Shown here: piece after piece, positions 50,073 to 58,915 of the stretch
How the letters are laid out: each line of letters opens with the position of its first letter
How positions within the stretch are numbered: position 1 is the stretch's first letter
Assembly (NCBI GenBank): GCA_963822925.1
Contig: CAWGJN010000016.1
Location: 9,802-73,801, forward strand
Direction: 5' to 3'
DNA from: an uncultured Gemmatimonadales bacterium
GTDB lineage: Bacteria > Gemmatimonadota > Gemmatimonadetes > Gemmatimonadales > GWC2-71-9
Length of the DNA: 64,000 nt
Notes under the pieces: model-generated
Told to the model about the DNA's origin: nothing
Databases searched by the model: none
Seen by the model: the letters and a program-made list of their open reading frames with translations, nothing else
Position numbers and translations under genes: made by a program

Positions 50073-50438
50073 TTACTGCTTCTGGTCCTTCATCGCCTGC
50101 TGCATCTGCTGCCAGCCGCTGTACTGCTCACCCGTCAGCACGCCCTTGAGCCCCGTGTCCCAGTCGTCCATGGCGCTCTTGAGGCTCTTGTCCTCCTTCA
50201 GCTTCCTGCCGCCCTTCGCCTTGATCTCGGAGATGGTCGTCAGGGCCGACGTATTGATCTGGCTCACCTGGGGCACCTGGGCGGGAGTCAACTTGAGCTG
50301 AGCCGTCATCTTCTGGGTAAGCGCTTCGGCCTGTTGCTGCGGGGTCGGGGGTGTGGCCGGCGCCGCCTGGGCGTGGCCCGTTGCGGCGACGGTGCCGGCA
50401 AGGACGAGCGTGGTCACAATCGAGGTCAGGCGCGACAT
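50073..50438 (-). CDS. periplasmic LTXXQ-motif (Spy/CpxP-like) protein
   Basis: Signal peptide MSRLTSIVTTLVLAGTVAATGHAQA, two LTxxQ motifs (LTPAQ, LTGEQ), Gln/Lys-rich. Confidence 0.6.
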   Translation of the reverse strand: MSRLTSIVTTLVLAGTVAATGHAQAAPATPPTPQQQAEALTQKMTAQLKLTPAQVPQVSQINTSALTTISEIKAKGGRKLKEDKSLKSAMDDWDTGLKGVLTGEQYSGWQQMQQAMKDQKQ

Positions 50439-50513
50439 GTGCAGGAGCCTCCAAAGGGGGAGAAACACGCGGCAGCAGCAAGATCCAGGGGGTCATTATC
50501 TTTCTGCCAGCCC

Positions 50514-50875
50514 GGGGGCGATCGGCTTCGACGGGTCAGATGAAGGAATGGCAGCGTGCCCAGGTCCAAGATCCTGGCTAAACCACTTGGAACGATTCAA
50601 ACGCCAATTCTGATCTGGCGCTGGCTGCGTAAGCTGAGCTAACGCTCGCTTGACGCACCTTCGGCAACGAAGCCCGTCCGGGGCGTCGTTGTCGAATCGA
50701 AAATCCGGGCTGGCTGGCTCCGGGGTCCCGACGGAGTCGGCGAGAACTCTCGGGAATAGACGCTCAGAGGGCTGGTCAGTCACCAGCTGAGCGCGACGGC
50801 ACGAAGGCTGGCCTACGCACGTAGACGCTGTTTTGGAGCCTGTCTCGGACCAGGGTTCGATTCCCTGCGCCTCCA
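50514..50875 (+). ncRNA. ssrA: transfer-messenger RNA (tmRNA)
   Basis: The 5' end GGGGGCGATCGGCTTCGACGGG pairs with the 3' end CGCCTCC-A to form a 7-bp acceptor stem with G3:U70. T-arm CAGGGTTCGATTCCCTG. Tag reading frame GCC AAT TCT GAT CTG GCG CTG GCT GCG TAA (50603-50632) encodes ANSDLALAA. The conserved ...GTAGA...TCGGAC segment is present. The 3' CCA is not encoded. Confidence 0.93.
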
Positions 50876-50883
50876 CTGAACGA

Positions 50884-50922
50884 AAGAGGGCCAACCATCA
50901 TGGTTGGCCCTCTTTTGCTTTT
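50884..50922 (+). terminator. intrinsic terminator of ssrA
   Basis: Perfect 14-bp stem AAGAGGGCCAACCA / TGGTTGGCCCTCTT with a 3-nt loop, followed by TTGCTTTT. Confidence 0.85.
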
Positions 50923-50987
50923 CCACAACCGGCGGCATCTTGAGCGCGGACGGGGCAGGGCGAGGGCCTTCAAGTGGTTTCTCACCT

Positions 50988-51057
50988 CGTTCTCAAATGC
51001 ATTCGGGGAGATATGCGAGCCCGAAGGCGATCAAGTCTGGCGTTCTCAAGTGAATTG
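50988..51057. promoter_or_regulatory. pair of direct repeats about 17 nt long in an AT-richer spacer upstream of the aminotransferase gene
   Basis: CGTTCTCAAATGCATTC (50988-) and CGTTCTCAAGTGAATTG (51041-) lie 53 bp apart. CAAGTGGTT / TAAGTGGTT is also repeated. A regulatory function is only inferred. Confidence 0.3.
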
Positions 51058-51111
51058 TAAGTGGTTGTAATGCTGGTCGTTATGATCTTCAAGCTAATGT
51101 AATCTCTCGGG

Positions 51112-52369
51112 GTGACCATGACGGTGGATCTGCTCGCGGAACAGGTGCAGTCGGTCGAGGTTATTCGGCAATCATTCCCGGCCCTGGCTCGCCGGCATGC
51201 GGGCCAACCGGTCGCGTACTTCGATGGGCCGGGCGGCACCCAGGTGCCCCAGCGGGTCATCGACGCCGTGGCCGACTATCTGGCGCACCACAACGCGAAC
51301 ACTCACTGGGCCTACCCGACTAGCGCCGAGACGGACGCCATCATTGCGGCGGCCCGCGGGTCCCTGGCTGACTTTCTCCACGCGGATCCCGACGAGGTGG
51401 CGTTCGGGGCAAACATGACCACCCTGACCTTCCACCTCGCCCGGGCTCTGGGCCGGCGGTGGGGTCCGGGCGACGAGATCGTGATCACGGAGCTCGACCA
51501 CCACGCCAACGTGGGTCCATGGCAGGCGGTGGCCCGGGAGCGTGGGGTGACCCTCAAGGTGGTCCCCTTCCGCCCTGAAACGGGCGAGCTGGACTGGGAG
51601 GCCCTGGGACGGGCGATCGGCCCCAAGACCCGGCTGGTGGCCATCGGGGCAGCATCCAACGCCCTTGGCACCATCACGGACGTGGCAAGGGCCAGGGAAA
51701 TGGCTCGGGGGGTGGGGGCGCTGGTTTTCGTGGACGCGGTCCATTTCGCCCCCCACCGGCTGGTGGACGTCCGGGCGCTGGGCTGCGACTTCCTTGCCTG
51801 CTCCGCCTACAAGTTCTACGGACCTCATGTGGGCGTCCTGTACGGCCGGCGGGACCGCATGAAGTCACTCGACGTTCCCAAGCTCGAGCCGGCACCCGAG
51901 ACAGTGCCGGAGCGGCTGGAGACGGGCACGCTCAATCACGAGGGCATTGCCGGCGCTGGCGCAGCGGTGGAATGGCTCGCGTCGCTGGCCGAGGGCGGCA
52001 CCCGCCGCGAGCGGCTGGCTCGTCTTTACGCCACGCAGCATGAGCGCGAGGTGTCACTCTTCTGCCCGGCTGTGGGATGGGCTCGGCTCGATCAAGGGCG
52101 TGACGCGCTACGGCCCTCCCCCCACGCGTCCACGGACTGGTACCGTGTCAGTGAGCATCACCGGGGTATCGTCGCATGACGCAGCCGTGGCGCTGGCGAC
52201 GGAGGGAGTCTTCGCCTCGAACGGCGACTTCTATGCGACGACAGTGGTGGAGCGCCTGGGCTTCGCGCGGGAGGGGCTTCTCAGGATCGGGCTCTCGATC
52301 TACTCGACGGCGGGTGAGGTCGATCGGGCCCTGGCGGGCGTGGAGCGGATCGCCGCGGGGCGCCGATAG
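51112..52369 (+). pseudogene. class V aminotransferase-fold protein resembling cysteine desulfurase, with one +1 frame break near 52063
   Basis: N-terminal 317 aa include YFDGPGGTQVP, ELDHHANV and the PLP-Lys motif CSAYKFYGPH, and run to ...HEREVSLF. The expected continuation ARLWDGLGSIKGVTRYGPP...GVFASNGDFYA...LRIGLSIYSTAGEVDRAL is in the next frame (51947-52369 ORF). Confidence 0.75.
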
Positions 52370-52375
52370 ACAAAT

Positions 52376-52399
52376 GGGGCGGCAGAACACTGCCGCCCC
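52376..52399. terminator. bidirectional hairpin between convergent genes
   Basis: Perfect 10-bp stem GGGGCGGCAG-AACA-CTGCCGCCCC. Confidence 0.6.
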
Positions 52400-52422
52400 A
52401 CCCGTTCGCGCCGACCGCATTG

Positions 52423-52998
52423 CTACTTGAGCGGAATCGCCACTCGTGTCGTCTGCCACTCGAGCACCAGCTGCTTGGTCTTCTCTGCGTTTGGCTCCGC
52501 CGAGAACGTGAGCTTCTCCACCGGCGCCTTGAGGGTCTCCGCCTTCACCTTCCCGCGCCCGACCTCCTGCTTCTGCACTTCAGGGGTGTATGTGCTCTCG
52601 TGGCCCCACTGCGTGATGGAGCGGTTCACGATGACCTCCCATTCCTTCTCGCCCGGCACGGTATAGAGCGAGTACGTCCCGGCCGGAACCTTGACTCCCG
52701 CAATCTCGAGCGGCCCGTCAGTGTGAATCATCGTCGGCTCGTTCGACCCCGTGCGCCAGATCTTCCCATAGGGCACCGCTTCGCCCCCGATCATCGTGCG
52801 GCCCTTCAGCGACGGCCGGCCATAGCAGAGCTTGACGTTGCTCTTCTCCACCACGAACGAAATGGAATCGAGCGGGCTTACCCGCTTGTTGAGGGGAAGC
52901 TTCTCGGTGTTCATCGTGATACAGGGGCCCACGGGGGACGCCGGGGCCGGCAGCGGCGCAAGCAGCGAGGCGAGCGTGGCGATCAACAGCATGTCCAT
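52423..52998 (-). CDS. DUF2911-like secreted protein
   Basis: Signal peptide, then YGKIWRTGSNEPTMIHTDGPLEIAGVKVPAGTYSLYTVPGEKEWEVIVN, which matches my recollection of the DUF2911 core. Confidence 0.8.
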   Translation of the reverse strand: MDMLLIATLASLLAPLPAPASPVGPCITMNTEKLPLNKRVSPLDSISFVVEKSNVKLCYGRPSLKGRTMIGGEAVPYGKIWRTGSNEPTMIHTDGPLEIAGVKVPAGTYSLYTVPGEKEWEVIVNRSITQWGHESTYTPEVQKQEVGRGKVKAETLKAPVEKLTFSAEPNAEKTKQLVLEWQTTRVAIPLK

Positions 52999-53020
52999 TT
53001 CCTCCAGGAGTGGTGGTAGC

Positions 53021-54151
53021 TCACGCCGCCGACAGCGATGCGTGAGCCGCGGTAGCGAGTATCAAGGCGTCGTCAGCCGTGCCGGCAAGGCAAGTGAGGT
53101 GTCCCATCTTCCTTCCCGCGCGAGGTTCAGTCTTGCCATACAGGTGCAACCGCACACCCGGCAATTCCAGCGCGCGCTGCCATCGGGGCGTGCCGTGCGC
53201 CCAGGAGTCGCCCAGAATGTTCACCATGCAGCAGGCGCTGAGAAGTTGCGGCTTCCCGAGCGGCAATCCGGCCAGCGTGCGAACCTGCTGCTCGAACTGA
53301 TCGACGCTGCACGCATCGAGCGTGTAATGACCGCTGTTGTGGGGGCGGGGCGCGAGTTCATTCACATAGAGTTTCCCGCCGCCGGCCACAAACATCTCCA
53401 CGGCCAGTACGCCCACATACTGCAGCGCCGCGGCCACCTCGATGGCCAGCGCCATGGCCTCTTCGTCCAGGCCCGGAGCGATCCGCGCCGGCACCGTCGA
53501 AGTGTGCAGAATGCCGTGCCGGTGCACGTTTTCGGCGGGCGGGAAGGCGGCCACCTCGCCATCGCGGCCACGAGCAAGCACGACGGAAATCTCCCGCTCA
53601 AGGTCGAGTTTCCGTTCCAGGATGCATGGCACGCCACCCAGGTGCCGGAACGCCTCCTGGGCGTCCTCGATCGCGCCTACCAGCGCCTGTCCCTTCCCGT
53701 CATACCCCATTCGACTCGTCTTGAGCAGCGCGGGCACGCCGATTGCTTTAATGGCCTCGGTGAGCTCAGCGGCGTTTGGTACCCGGACAAAGGGGGCCGT
53801 CTGGAAGCCCGCGCCGGCGAGGAAGCCCTTCTCGGTCGTGCGGTCCTGGGCAACCGCCACGGACGCCGGCGCCGGGCTGACCGGCAGCCGGGCTGCCAGT
53901 CGCTCCAGTGCCGGGGCGGGAACGTTCTCGAATTCCGTAGTGACCGCGGCGCATTGGTCGGCGAGTTGATCCAGGGCACTCGGGTCGTCGTACGCCGCGA
54001 CAATCTGGTGATCGGCGACCTGGCCTGCGGGGCTGCGGGGATCCGGCTCCAGCACCACGACGCGGTAACCCAGTACGCGAGCGCGCAGCGCGAACATGCG
54101 CCCGAGCTGCCCGCCGCCCAGCACCCCGAGCGTGGCGCCAGGCAGGATCAA
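53021..54151 (-). CDS. purK: N5-carboxyaminoimidazole ribonucleotide synthase
   Basis: [13 protein letters not shown] and an ATP-grasp core (GYDGKGQ), 376 aa. 4-nt overlap with the upstream purE. Confidence 0.94.
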   Translation of the reverse strand: MILPGATLGVLGGGQLGRMFALRARVLGYRVVVLEPDPRSPAGQVADHQIVAAYDDPSALDQLADQCAAVTTEFENVPAPALERLAARLPVSPAPASVAVAQDRTTEKGFLAGAGFQTAPFVRVPNAAELTEAIKAIGVPALLKTSRMGYDGKGQALVGAIEDAQEAFRHLGGVPCILERKLDLEREISVVLARGRDGEVAAFPPAENVHRHGILHTSTVPARIAPGLDEEAMALAIEVAAALQYVGVLAVEMFVAGGGKLYVNELAPRPHNSGHYTLDACSVDQFEQQVRTLAGLPLGKPQLLSACCMVNILGDSWAHGTPRWQRALELPGVRLHLYGKTEPRAGRKMGHLTCLAGTADDALILATAAHASLSAA

Positions 54152-54642
54152 GTGGGATCCGGCAGTGAAAGGCCGAGCACGCGCTGAGTCTGCGCGTCGC
54201 GGAGGGCGCTGAGCCGCTTCGCGAGCACCGCATCGCCCAGGGCCAGGATCGCGGCGGCATAAAGCGCGGCGTTGGTGGCACCGGCTTCACCGATTGCAAA
54301 CGTGGCCACCGGGATGCCCGCGGGCATCTGCACGATGGACAGCAGGGAGTCGAGTCCCTTGAGCTGCCGGGAGCTGACCGGCACCCCGAGGATCGGCAGG
54401 GCCGTCTTGCTGGCGAGCATGCCGGGCAGGTGGGCTGCCCCGCCGGCACCCGCAATGATGCACTTGAGGCCGCGCCCGGCCGCGGAGCTCGCATACTCGA
54501 AGAGCAGGTCGGGCGTGCGGTGCGCGGATACGACGCGTGATTCCCACGGCACCTCGAGCTGGGTCAGCTGGCGGGCGGCCGCCTGCATGGTTTCCCAGTC
54601 GGAATCACTGCCCATGACAATGCCGACGAGCGGTTGCGGCAT
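54148..54642 (-). CDS. purE: N5-carboxyaminoimidazole ribonucleotide mutase
   Basis: [39 protein letters not shown]. Internal ATG 54642 is preferred. Confidence 0.94.
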   Translation of the reverse strand: MPQPLVGIVMGSDSDWETMQAAARQLTQLEVPWESRVVSAHRTPDLLFEYASSAAGRGLKCIIAGAGGAAHLPGMLASKTALPILGVPVSSRQLKGLDSLLSIVQMPAGIPVATFAIGEAGATNAALYAAAILALGDAVLAKRLSALRDAQTQRVLGLSLPDPT

Positions 54643-54716
54643 GAGGTCCTCAGCAACGCGTGAGGGTGACGAACAGCCGAGCGCGGAGAAATAAGGGGAG
54701 GCAACGGGAGCACGCA

Positions 54717-55502
54717 ATGCCAGCCAAAACCATGGAAACGGCGCCCGAAGCGGCGCCGGGCGGTGACGCCGTGTTCGAGCGAGACCTGTACATGCTCGCG
54801 CCGATCAAGCTGCCCCGGGGCCAGCAGTACGCCGTGAGTTCCTCCGACGGCCAGATGCTGCTGCTCGTAAAGCGCCATCAGAGTGGACGTCGGGCGTTGT
54901 CCTTGATGGCAAGTCTGGCTGCCGGGCTGATCATTCTCGGTTTCACAAGCTCGTTCGGCGACAGCCTCGGCGGTCCGGTGATCAAGTGGCTGGCGGTGGT
55001 GGCAGGTGCCGTACTGGGTTTCCTGGCGTCGGTCGCGGTGTACCCGGCGATGCTGGGCCGCCGCGTCGCGACCTTCAGCAGGCGGGAGCGGCTCGAAAAG
55101 GTGCTGGAGGTGAAGCAGGCCGACCGCTCACATGCCTTCGAGGTGTCTTGCGCCATCACCGGCACCAAGGGACGACTGCTCGGCACGGTGCGGCGGAACT
55201 ACCTCTCGTCGCTGCTGCGCACCCAGTGGATGCTGTACGGGGCTGGCGGTGAACCGATCGCGAAAGCGCGGGAAGCTTCGATCCCGCGGGCCATCGGCGC
55301 GCGGCTGCTTGGCTGGGCCGTGCCGACGTTGCGCTCGAACTTCACCATCATGTCCCAGGGTGGATCGCCGCTGGGGCTGCTGGAGCGACTGGAACTGGTG
55401 CAGGGCCGGGTGATGTTCGACCTGCGGCAGGGCGGGCGCGCGGCACTGGATCCGCAGCTCGGCCTCGCTCTCGCCGTGTTGATCGACCTCGACGAGCGGT
55501 AG
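54717..55502 (+). CDS. hypothetical membrane protein
   Basis: 261 aa from ATG 54717. Two adjacent TM segments ([16 protein letters not shown] / [22 protein letters not shown]) flanked by soluble parts. No confident family. Confidence 0.55.
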   Translation: MPAKTMETAPEAAPGGDAVFERDLYMLAPIKLPRGQQYAVSSSDGQMLLLVKRHQSGRRALSLMASLAAGLIILGFTSSFGDSLGGPVIKWLAVVAGAVLGFLASVAVYPAMLGRRVATFSRRERLEKVLEVKQADRSHAFEVSCAITGTKGRLLGTVRRNYLSSLLRTQWMLYGAGGEPIAKAREASIPRAIGARLLGWAVPTLRSNFTIMSQGGSPLGLLERLELVQGRVMFDLRQGGRAALDPQLGLALAVLIDLDER

Positions 55503-55511
55503 CCGTTCGCG

Positions 55512-56027
55512 TCAGGCCACCGCCATGATGGTGGTGACGTCTGGCGGCACGCGCAGGGTCTGCAGCACTACGCAGTAGCGTTCCGTCAGCTTGAGCAGCG
55601 TCCCCAACTGCTCCCGGGTCGCATCAGTATCGAGCAGGAAGCGGAGCCTGATGGCGCGGAAGCCCACCGGCGCCTCCTTGCTCACTCCCAGGGTTCCCCG
55701 CACATCGAGGTCGCCCTCCGCCTCGATGCGACCACCACGCACGGTGATGTCGAGTGCCGTCGCGACCGCGCGCAGCGTCACACCGGCGCATGCGACCAGC
55801 GCCTCCAGCAGCATGTCTCCTGAACAGACCTGAAGCCCGGAACCGCCGGTGGCGGGATGCAGTCCCGCTTCCACCAGCGCGCGGCCGGTGTCGACTCTGC
55901 ACGCGATCCCAGCGGCATCGAGCGACGCGCCGGCCGTGAGCACGATCAGCGCGGTCACGGCGTCCTCGCGATAGCGCTCCTTGAGGTGCGCCTGCCGCGA
56001 ACGAAGTTCCTCGCTGGTGTCGGACAT
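55512..56027 (-). CDS. OsmC/Ohr family peroxiredoxin-like protein
   Basis: 171 aa with the two conserved Cys contexts (LQVCSGDMLLEAL.ACAGVTL). The ATG overlaps the stop of the upstream regulator gene (TAATG). Confidence 0.85.
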   Translation of the reverse strand: MSDTSEELRSRQAHLKERYREDAVTALIVLTAGASLDAAGIACRVDTGRALVEAGLHPATGGSGLQVCSGDMLLEALVACAGVTLRAVATALDITVRGGRIEAEGDLDVRGTLGVSKEAPVGFRAIRLRFLLDTDATREQLGTLLKLTERYCVVLQTLRVPPDVTTIMAVA

Positions 56028-58690
56028 TACACGGTCGCCTCCACTCCATGACTCATCTCGCGTGCCCGGCGCTCCGCGCGGGCGCGGTGCCCCAATTCCC
56101 ACACCGAATGCCAGCCGATGGACTCGAGCCAGCCGGCCGCCTCGCGACTGCGGCCCTGCTGGTGCAGCAGCTCGGCCCGGAGCAGGCGACCCTCCACGCC
56201 GGCGAAAACGGGCGAGGCCATCGCGTACTGGAACCAGACCTCGGTCCGTGCACCCTCGAGCGCACGCAGTCCGCCGGCCGCATCGCCCTGTCCCGAGCGC
56301 AGCGTCGCCTCGAGGGTGCGGAGCATGTTCTCGGTGAGGACCTCGGCCCCGTCGGGCACCACCAGCTCAGCGAGTTCCTCGGTCCAGCGCGCCGTGGCGG
56401 GGAAATCGCCACGGCGGGCGGCGACGAGGCCTGCCACGTGGGCGCGGATATGGCCGTAGAGGCCATCGTGCAGCATCAGTGGCAGGCTGACGCGCGGCAG
56501 CTCGGCGCCCGGATTCCACCGTGCCAGTTCCTCCTGCAGCGACTCGAGCTGTGCCGCGGTGCAGGGAAGTGCCCCGGTGGCGGCGCGCAATGCGCGCACG
56601 GTAAGTGCCCACGCGGGGTCGAGCTCGCCGGCGATCTCGTAATCCTTGCGCGCGTCGTCGGGGCGATCCTGGGCCAGTGCAGCCTCGGCGAGGAACAGGT
56701 GACCGAGCGCGCGCAGCTCACTGGAGGGCACCCGGGGAATGAGTTCTCGCGCGATGGACTCGACAGCATCGAGCCGTCCGGCGAAGAGTGCGGCATCGGC
56801 GAGGACGACGCCAACGGCAAACATGCGCGCGGAGCGAAGGTCGCTGCCGAGGCGCATGAGCTCGACCACGTCACCGCGGCGAAATGCGCGCAACGCCCGC
56901 AGCGTCAGCGCCTGTTCGCTCGCGGGCGTGAGTTCGACGACGCGATCGACGTAGAGGTCGAGCGCTTCGTCCTGGCCTTCCATCGCGGCGATGCGCGCGA
57001 GCTTGCCGAGCGCGCCGACGTGCGTGCCGTCGAGCGACAGGGCGCGCTGCAGGGCGGTGCGTGCCTCCGCGCAGCTCCGGCCGCGACAGGGATTGCCGTG
57101 AAAGAGCACATCGCCGAGGAGGTACCAGGCCTCGACGTTGTCGGGATGCTCGGCGACCACGGCGCCGTAGCGCTGTTCCGCCAGGGCGAGACGGCCATGC
57201 AGCCACGCGTCCTGCGCCTCGAGCATGCGCTGCGCGCTGGCGGCGAGCGAGCCGCTCAGGGCATTGGCGGCTCGACAGGCCAGCCGGGCGGGTGCGAGCA
57301 TGGCCGCGGCAGCGCGCGTGCCGGCGAGGCGATAGTGCGCGAGCGCGAAGCCGGCATCGAGTCTTACCGCCTGCTCGAACGCGGCCATGGCGCGAGTATG
57401 CCGGCCGAGGCGGAAATCGTGCTCGCCCTGCAGGAACGCCTTGAGCGCGGGCCACGAGCCGCTGGTGCGCGCGGCGAGTTGCGCGGGATAGGTGCCGGGC
57501 GCCTGGCTCAGGAGGGTGACAAGGCCTCGCGCGAGTTCATCGACAACGCCGAAGAGTCCGTCCTCACTCGCCGCCTGGGCCTCCACCCGCCCCACCTTGC
57601 CGTGACCAGTGCGATGGAGCGCGGCGCTCACCCGGATGCGGTCGCCCGCCCTGATTACGGTGCCACTCACCAGTAAACCGGCACCCACCGCATACGCATC
57701 GGTGTCGCCGCCGCCGGAGGCGTCGAGATCGGGTAGAGGCGCGGCGAGGATGGCGCGGGGATCCACCGTGCGGAGGTCACCCGCACCGTCGAGCGCGTTG
57801 CTGAGCAGGTCGATCATTCCCTCGCGCAGGTACTCGAGGTCGCGCGCGCCACGCACGACAAAGGGGTAGACGGCAAGCACGTTGCCGACGACCGGTGGCG
57901 CGGCGGGTGCCGGGCCCCGTGCAGCGGATGTGGCGCCGGGGGCACTACGGCGGTCGCGGAGTGGCGCCCGTCCCCCTGACGCCCGGGCACGGATGCCAGC
58001 TGCCAGCGCCGCCGTCTCCGGCGACGGCTCGAAGTCGAGGTCGCGCGCGAGCCGCGCGGCGTAGTCGTCGTACGCCCGGATCGCGCCCGCCGCGTCGCCG
58101 CTCCGGTCGAGGAGCACGATGAGTCGGCGCACGCCGCGATCCTCATCGGGCGCGAGATCGACCGCCTTCCGGGCCCAGGCGATCCCCGCACCGTTCGATC
58201 CGGCGGCGTCCGCGACAGCCCATGCGGCCTTCGCCGCGCCGGCGCGCAGCCGGGTTCGCTCCATGTCCAGCCAGTGCTCCATCGCCGGTGCTCCGGCGAC
58301 ATAGAACCCCTCCAGCAGGTCGCCGGCATAAAGCTCGAGCGCCTCGGCGTGCCGACCGGCCGCGAGGGCCGCCTCGAACGCCGCCACATCGCACCAGAGC
58401 GCGTCGGGCCTGATGCCGACGTCGTCTTCCCCGCGCGAAATGATCACGTCATCCCCGCAGGCCCGCCGCAGGAAGTAGAGCGAGCGGCGGAGCGCGCCGC
58501 GTGCGTGCTCGCCATCCAGGTCAGGCCAGAAGAGGCCGACGAGCGAATCACGGCGACGGAAGCCGCCTGATGGCGTGAGGGCGAGATAGGCAAGAAGGGC
58601 GAGACGCTTGGGCTGCTGCAGGACGGGGCGGATCTCCGCACCGGAAGGATCACGAAGGTCGAGGGAGCCCAGGAGCCTCAGTTCGAGCAA
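56027..58690 (-). CDS. SARP/BTAD-type transcriptional regulator with a large C-terminal TPR domain
   Basis: The N-terminal winged helix plus BTAD region reads LELRLLGSLDLRD.SG..I...QQPKRLALLAYLAL....FRRRDSLVGLFWPD...EHARGALRRSLY.LR, then VAAFEAALAAG...EALELYAGDLLEG. TPR-like repeats follow to the end. The likely TTG start at 58690 is preceded by AGGA. The ORF extends to 58963, but that N-terminal part looks non-coding. Confidence 0.85.
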   Translation of the reverse strand: MLELRLLGSLDLRDPSGAEIRPVLQQPKRLALLAYLALTPSGGFRRRDSLVGLFWPDLDGEHARGALRRSLYFLRRACGDDVIISRGEDDVGIRPDALWCDVAAFEAALAAGRHAEALELYAGDLLEGFYVAGAPAMEHWLDMERTRLRAGAAKAAWAVADAAGSNGAGIAWARKAVDLAPDEDRGVRRLIVLLDRSGDAAGAIRAYDDYAARLARDLDFEPSPETAALAAGIRARASGGRAPLRDRRSAPGATSAARGPAPAAPPVVGNVLAVYPFVVRGARDLEYLREGMIDLLSNALDGAGDLRTVDPRAILAAPLPDLDASGGGDTDAYAVGAGLLVSGTVIRAGDRIRVSAALHRTGHGKVGRVEAQAASEDGLFGVVDELARGLVTLLSQAPGTYPAQLAARTSGSWPALKAFLQGEHDFRLGRHTRAMAAFEQAVRLDAGFALAHYRLAGTRAAAAMLAPARLACRAANALSGSLAASAQRMLEAQDAWLHGRLALAEQRYGAVVAEHPDNVEAWYLLGDVLFHGNPCRGRSCAEARTALQRALSLDGTHVGALGKLARIAAMEGQDEALDLYVDRVVELTPASEQALTLRALRAFRRGDVVELMRLGSDLRSARMFAVGVVLADAALFAGRLDAVESIARELIPRVPSSELRALGHLFLAEAALAQDRPDDARKDYEIAGELDPAWALTVRALRAATGALPCTAAQLESLQEELARWNPGAELPRVSLPLMLHDGLYGHIRAHVAGLVAARRGDFPATARWTEELAELVVPDGAEVLTENMLRTLEATLRSGQGDAAGGLRALEGARTEVWFQYAMASPVFAGVEGRLLRAELLHQQGRSREAAGWLESIGWHSVWELGHRARAERRAREMSHGVEATV

Positions 58691-58730
58691 TCGGCGTCCT
58701 GAACGTGCCGGCGTGACCTGACCGCCGCGG

Positions 58731-58850
58731 GGCGAGTCACGGCGCGGCCCACAAGCAGGGTACGGGTGCTCTGCATCGTCCAAACGTACCCGGCGGTCCG
58801 CCGGGGAGCAAACGGCTGCAGTGCGCCGCTTGAGGCGAGCGTGACTCGCC
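58731..58850. promoter_or_regulatory. perfect 11-bp inverted repeat pair in the divergent control region
   Basis: GGCGAGTCACG (58731-58741) and CGTGACTCGCC (58840-58850), 98 bp apart. A GGGTACG...CGTACCC pair lies between them. A regulatory role is inferred only. Confidence 0.3.
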
Positions 58851-58915
58851 GATCGCACCATGCCGGCGTCGCCAGGACGGACCCGGCGCTCGTCCACCCC
58901 GACACGGAGTTCACC

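Noticed and set aside
50923-55502. A genomic island integrated at ssrA.
   Set aside because: There is no integrase, excisionase or transposase, and I could not see a duplicated ssrA 3' segment. The following genes include core purEK. Only the short AT-richer spacer is retained as an observation.
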